A stretch of DNA of 64,000 bases from Candidatus Latescibacterota bacterium (GTDB taxonomy: Bacteria > Latescibacterota > UBA2968). Made by a program: the position numbers and the translations under genes. Below, in pieces: positions 60,141-64,000 of this stretch; position 1 is the stretch's first letter; every line of letters starts with the position of its first letter. The notes under the pieces were generated by a model. That model was not told the DNA's origin and searched no databases. It worked only from the letters and a program-made list of their open reading frames with translations. Location of the stretch: the NCBI GenBank assembly GCA_965204375.1, contig OZ241986.1:5408001-5472000 (forward strand). The letters are read 5' to 3'.

Positions 60141-61448
60141 ATGAAATACATCGCAATATCTGAACTGTCCAAATACATCGGCCAAACCGTTACGCTTCAC
60201 GGATGGGTGCATGCCCTGCGCGACCAGAAGCATGTCCAGTTTCTCATTTTGAGAAATCGCACGGGAAGTGTACAGGTTGTTCACGAAAAGACAGGGGCGT
60301 TGGCAGAGCGGGTTTCTGCTCTCACGCGAGAATCGGCGGTGACTATAAGCGGATGTGTTGTAGAAAATTCAGGTGTTCGTCTGGGTGGTGTAGAGATTCA
60401 GCTTGAGGAACTGCGTGTTGTCAATGTAGCTGAATCTCCTTTACCCCTGGATCCGTTTTCCGAGAGTGCATCGGGTATCGACCATAGGCTGGATTGGCGG
60501 CATCTCGATCTTCGCGCTCCGCGCAATCGGTTGATTTTTGAGATACAGACCACTGTTGAAATAGCGATGCGCGAGTACTGGATGCAGAATCATTTTGTCG
60601 AGATCCACTCTCCCAAACTGATGGGTACAGCCAGTGAGTCGGGGGCTGAGTTGTTCGCGCTGCCGTATTTCAATTCCACAGCCTATTTGGCGCAATCGCC
60701 CCAGTTTTACAAACAGATGGCAATGGCGTCCGGTTTTGATCGCGTGTTTGAGATTGCGCCGGTTTTTCGCGCCGATCCCTCATTTACTTCGCGCCACACG
60801 ACAGAGTTTACCAGTGTGGATGTCGAGATCGCCTGGATTGATGGTCACGAGGATGTGATGGCATTTGAAGAAGCGTGGCTCCAGTATGTTATTCAAGTAG
60901 TGCGAGAAAGACACGGTGACGCTATTGCTGAAAATTACGGCGTTGAACTCACGGTGCCAGTGCTGCCTTTTCCGCGCGTCACGATGGCCGAGGCATTGAA
61001 GGTGTTGTCTGAACAGGGCCACGCGCCAGAGCGAGAAGGCGACCTCGATCCAAAGGGCGAGCGTTTGCTCGGTGAATATATTCGCGAAACCCGGGGATGC
61101 GATTATGTCTTTGTGATAGACTATCCAGTATCTGTGCGGCCATTTTACCACATGCGTCATCCAGAATATCCAGATTTGACCAGGAGTTTTGACCTGCTCT
61201 ATCGCGGTGTGGAAATTACCACAGGGGCGCAACGCGAACACCGTCCCGATGTTCTGAGGACTCAGGCAAGAGAGAAAGGGCTGGATTTAGAGGTTATCCA
61301 GTTTTATCTCGATTTTTTTAAGTACGGATGTCCTCCGCACGGGGGATTTGGTTTTGGCCTGTCGCGCCTGCTTATGGTTATGCTCGGGTTGTCCAATGTG
61401 CGCGAGACGACTTTTTTGTCCCGCACACCCAATAGGTTGCATCCATGA
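60141..61448 (+). CDS. aspS: aspartate--tRNA(Asn) ligase, archaeal-type non-discriminating AspRS
   Basis: 435 aa, no GAD domain; GWVH..RD, YLAQSPQFYKQ, FRAD....RH..EF, SFDL....EITTGAQR, PPHGGFG.GL.R. Confidence 0.9.
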   Translation: MKYIAISELSKYIGQTVTLHGWVHALRDQKHVQFLILRNRTGSVQVVHEKTGALAERVSALTRESAVTISGCVVENSGVRLGGVEIQLEELRVVNVAESPLPLDPFSESASGIDHRLDWRHLDLRAPRNRLIFEIQTTVEIAMREYWMQNHFVEIHSPKLMGTASESGAELFALPYFNSTAYLAQSPQFYKQMAMASGFDRVFEIAPVFRADPSFTSRHTTEFTSVDVEIAWIDGHEDVMAFEEAWLQYVIQVVRERHGDAIAENYGVELTVPVLPFPRVTMAEALKVLSEQGHAPEREGDLDPKGERLLGEYIRETRGCDYVFVIDYPVSVRPFYHMRHPEYPDLTRSFDLLYRGVEITTGAQREHRPDVLRTQAREKGLDLEVIQFYLDFFKYGCPPHGGFGFGLSRLLMVMLGLSNVRETTFLSRTPNRLHP

Positions 61449-61459
61449 TATTGTGGTTT

Positions 61460-61547
61460 GTAGGGGCGACCCCCTGTGGTCGCCCGCTGACTGCTGCCCG
61501 CAGTCTCCGTGCCTTCGTCATCGCGGCATGCTTTAAGCCGCGATCCA
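61460..61547. repeat. GTAG REP variant plus GTCATCGCGGC element
   Basis: GTAGGGGCGACC-N5-GGTCGCCC (61460-85) and GTCATCGCGGC..GCCGCGATCCA (61517-47). Confidence 0.8.
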
Positions 61548-61780
61548 GGAGGTTTTTGCTGACCAATATAATTTTAATGTTGCGGTACAACGACATATAG
61601 AGTTTTTTGTGATCGCGCCTTTTACTCTGTTCATCCCTGCTTACACCCGCAGGGACATGTCTGTGGTTGCTTTTATTGCTTTTGATTTTTATCCTGTAAA
61701 TCCTATAATCCTGTAAATCCTGATTCAGACAGTTTTTTGCCGTTTCATCTGTGGCTGCATTTTGGGGGGGCGGAGCGGGG

Positions 61781-61843
61781 TTCGTTGATGAACTGGCCTG
61801 AGAGGCGGCCAGTTGTACACCGTTCCGTCTATTCGTTGATTCG
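61781..61843 (-). repeat. inverted copy of the 59866-59928 element
   Basis: 48-nt core matches with 2 mismatches. Confidence 0.8.
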
Positions 61844-61856
61844 CCAAGGAGATCTC

Positions 61857-62852
61857 ATGCGTCAATACGATGTGTATGGGCTGGGCAATGCGCTGGTGGA
61901 TATTCAGTTTCGGGTCGATCCGTCGTTTTTTGAGGCGATGGAGATTGACAAGGGTGTGATGACGCTGATTGACGGAGACCGCCAGCGCGCGTTGATCGAT
62001 GCTTTGGGCGGGAAAGAGATGGCGCGTTCGTCGGGCGGTTCGGCAGCCAATACGATGATCGCGCTGGCCAATTGTGGTGGGAGGGGTTATTACGGGTGTA
62101 AGGTGGCTGAGGATGCAGATGGCGAGTTTTATCTTAGCGATCTCAATACTGCGGGGGTGGCGTGTAATCCATCACATCGCGGGCAAGGGGTTACGGGCAA
62201 GTGTCTGGTGATGATTACGGAGGATGCGGATCGCACGATGAATACATTTTTGGGGATTACGAGTACGTTTGGTGTGGCGCAGGTTGAGGATGCTGTGATT
62301 GCCGACAGCCAATTTATTTATATCGAGGGCTATCTAATTGCGGCAGACGATGGCTTTGAAGCGGCACAGGCGGCGCAAAAGGTGGCGCAGACGCACGGTA
62401 CAAAGGTCGCGCTTACCCTGAGTGATCCGTCTATTGTGGCTGCTTTTAAGGATAGGATGGCTGCGCTGGTGGATGCAGGCGTGGATATGCTGTTTTGCAA
62501 TGAAGATGAGGGTAGGATATTTACTGGTGCTGAGACGACAGAAGATGCTTTTGATGCGTTGCGACAACGAGTGGGCGGTTTGGCTTTGACGTATGGTGCT
62601 GAGGGTGCTCGGATTTGCGACGGTGGTGATGTGTTTCACGCGCCGGGTTTTGTGGTAGATGCTGTGGATACCAATGGCGCGGGCGACTCATTTGCCGGGG
62701 CGTATTTGTTTGCTGTGACCCGGGGGTATGACACGGCTCAGGCTGCGAGGCTCGCAACCTATGTTTCCTCGCGCGTTGTCGCCAAATACGGTCCGCGTTT
62801 TGAAAGGAAAATGAGTGGGACAGAGATCAACCGGATTTTGAAAATGCGTTAA
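61857..62852 (+). CDS. PfkB-family adenosine kinase-like protein
   Basis: YDVYGLGNALVD, SGGSAANT, DADRTMNTFLG, DTNGAGDSFAG. Confidence 0.9.
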   Translation: MRQYDVYGLGNALVDIQFRVDPSFFEAMEIDKGVMTLIDGDRQRALIDALGGKEMARSSGGSAANTMIALANCGGRGYYGCKVAEDADGEFYLSDLNTAGVACNPSHRGQGVTGKCLVMITEDADRTMNTFLGITSTFGVAQVEDAVIADSQFIYIEGYLIAADDGFEAAQAAQKVAQTHGTKVALTLSDPSIVAAFKDRMAALVDAGVDMLFCNEDEGRIFTGAETTEDAFDALRQRVGGLALTYGAEGARICDGGDVFHAPGFVVDAVDTNGAGDSFAGAYLFAVTRGYDTAQAARLATYVSSRVVAKYGPRFERKMSGTEINRILKMR

Positions 62853-62866
62853 CCTTACACATCAAT

Positions 62867-62985
62867 GTAGGGGCGAGGCATGCCTCGCCCGTGTCCGTCA
62901 TCGCGGCGTGTTTTTGAGCCGCGATCCACATCAATCAAGCCCATTAATAGTGCCGTCATCGCGGCAAGGTTTTAGCCGCGATCCA
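62867..62985. repeat. composite cluster: GTAG REP plus two GTCATCGCGGC elements
   Basis: Copies at 62867-90, 62897-928 and 62955-85. Confidence 0.85.
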
Positions 62986-63386
62986 GAAGGTTTTGGTTGT
63001 GATTTTTTTGAAGACCAGTGAGTTCTATAAATCAAAATATTTGTCCTGTTACAAATTTTAACAAACTTTTCCTTGACAAGGTTGTTTTAACTCTTTTATT
63101 CCTATTTGCTTACGCTTAATATCATATTTTAGAAGTTCTTATTTTTCGCATTGCATTTCATAAGATTTCGGAATCTGATATTTTCATAAATTATTGTTCT
63201 ATAATGAGATATATGTAGTTCCGTACACGAAAAATCAAAAAATTCTCGATTTTTAACACGGTTTTGGATACTTTTTGGGAAGAATAATTTGTCTTGCCAA
63301 GTGCTTTATAAATCGTTTGTTTTGCCTTTTATTTGGCATTATAATGTCCTCTCTGTTTTGCTCACCCCAAACCCAAGGAGGCACTT

Positions 63387-64000
63387 TTGAAAAGATTTTT
63401 AATTTTGTATGCCGGGGTATTCTTATTTGCTGTATCTTCCGTTGATGCCCGCGATGCAGACCTGTGGGCTATTGGCGGATTGGTGAACTATCACCAGCCG
63501 ACGGGTCCTTTAAATGGCTGGTATGCTGGTGATTTGAAGTTCGGCTTGAATGTGAGTTATGTGGTTTCTCCGCGTTTGACCACAGAGGTGGAGTATCACT
63601 ACTCGAAGTTTCGCAATTCAAATCTGCCCGGCCGCACGTTCGAATATAGAGGTCGTCAGGTTCCAAGTCCTCAGGCGGATTCGGAGATGACCTGGAATAG
63701 CGTGGCCTCGAACTGGCTGTGGTTTTTCAGGGAAAATGCCGAGACCATGTCCGAACGGAAGTGGTCGCCTTATCTGGGGTTGGGCCTGGGTTTTTACGAT
63801 TATAGCCACAGGGTGAAGCATGGCTTGATTATCCCAACCAATCCCAATATTCCAGAAGAAGTGGATCGCGGCGGCGTGCAAGTTCTGCTGGTGTATCCCG
63901 GGAGTCCGGACTTAGATGCTTCGACTATGACCGAAGCGCAAAAGAAAAGCATCGGTCTGCTTGTCAATGGTCAGGTGTTATTGTATGGGAAGGAACCCAC
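63387..64000 (+). CDS. outer membrane beta-barrel protein, 5' part (runs off window)
   Basis: AAGGAGG + TTG; manual translation MKRFLILYAGVFLFAVSSVDA..., beta-strand patterns such as FGLNVSY and WSPYLGLGLGFY; open to the window end. Confidence 0.7.
   Translation, partial: MKRFLILYAGVFLFAVSSVDARDADLWAIGGLVNYHQPTGPLNGWYAGDLKFGLNVSYVVSPRLTTEVEYHYSKFRNSNLPGRTFEYRGRQVPSPQADSEMTWNSVASNWLWFFRENAETMSERKWSPYLGLGLGFYDYSHRVKHGLIIPTNPNIPEEVDRGGVQVLLVYPGSPDLDASTMTEAQKKSIGLLVNGQVLLYGKEP

Noticed and set aside
63000-63386. AT-rich spacer as a possible oriC or ncRNA
   Set aside because: No DnaA-box cluster or clear structure; best explained as the promoter region of the downstream OMP gene

Overview
Bacterial chromosomal window, mostly housekeeping. 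It contains the 5' end of uvrA, tRNA-Arg(UCG), hemL and a complete rrn operon (16S-tRNA-Ile-tRNA-Ala-23S-5S) with divergent signatures. It also has an EF-G2 paralog, prpBCD, yebC-ruvCAB-tsaB-rimI, a GH29 fucosidase with a polytopic membrane protein, cysK, a form II coxSLM-coxG cluster, archaeal-type pheST, an Rpn-family gene, two tandem TonB-dependent receptors, ilvB, an ECF sigma/Spy cluster, ggt and an archaeal-type non-discriminating aspS. The rRNA features and gene content suggest a diderm FCB-related lineage such as Latescibacterota/PAUC34f-like sponge symbionts; this is inference only. The most notable signals are missing or broken in the ORF track. (1) A 29-codon leader peptide with an NNNDDNN tract and a terminator/antiterminator pair precedes the aspartate-tRNA(Asn) ligase, an apparent Asn/Asp-sensing attenuator. 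(2) A secreted TlpA-like selenoprotein (signal peptide, in-frame UGA in a UxxC motif, candidate SECIS) is fused to two ASH-like domains and an EF-hand/dockerin-like tail. (3) A Phe T-box controls the archaeal-type PheRS. (4) An Ile/Val/Thr leader precedes ilvB, and a long-leader attenuator precedes a VOC gene. (5) The Rpn gene has an internal SD+ATG (gene-within-gene). (6) Several families of small palindromic and tandem repeats are stacked in intergenic spacers. All calls were made by eye; no database searches were run.
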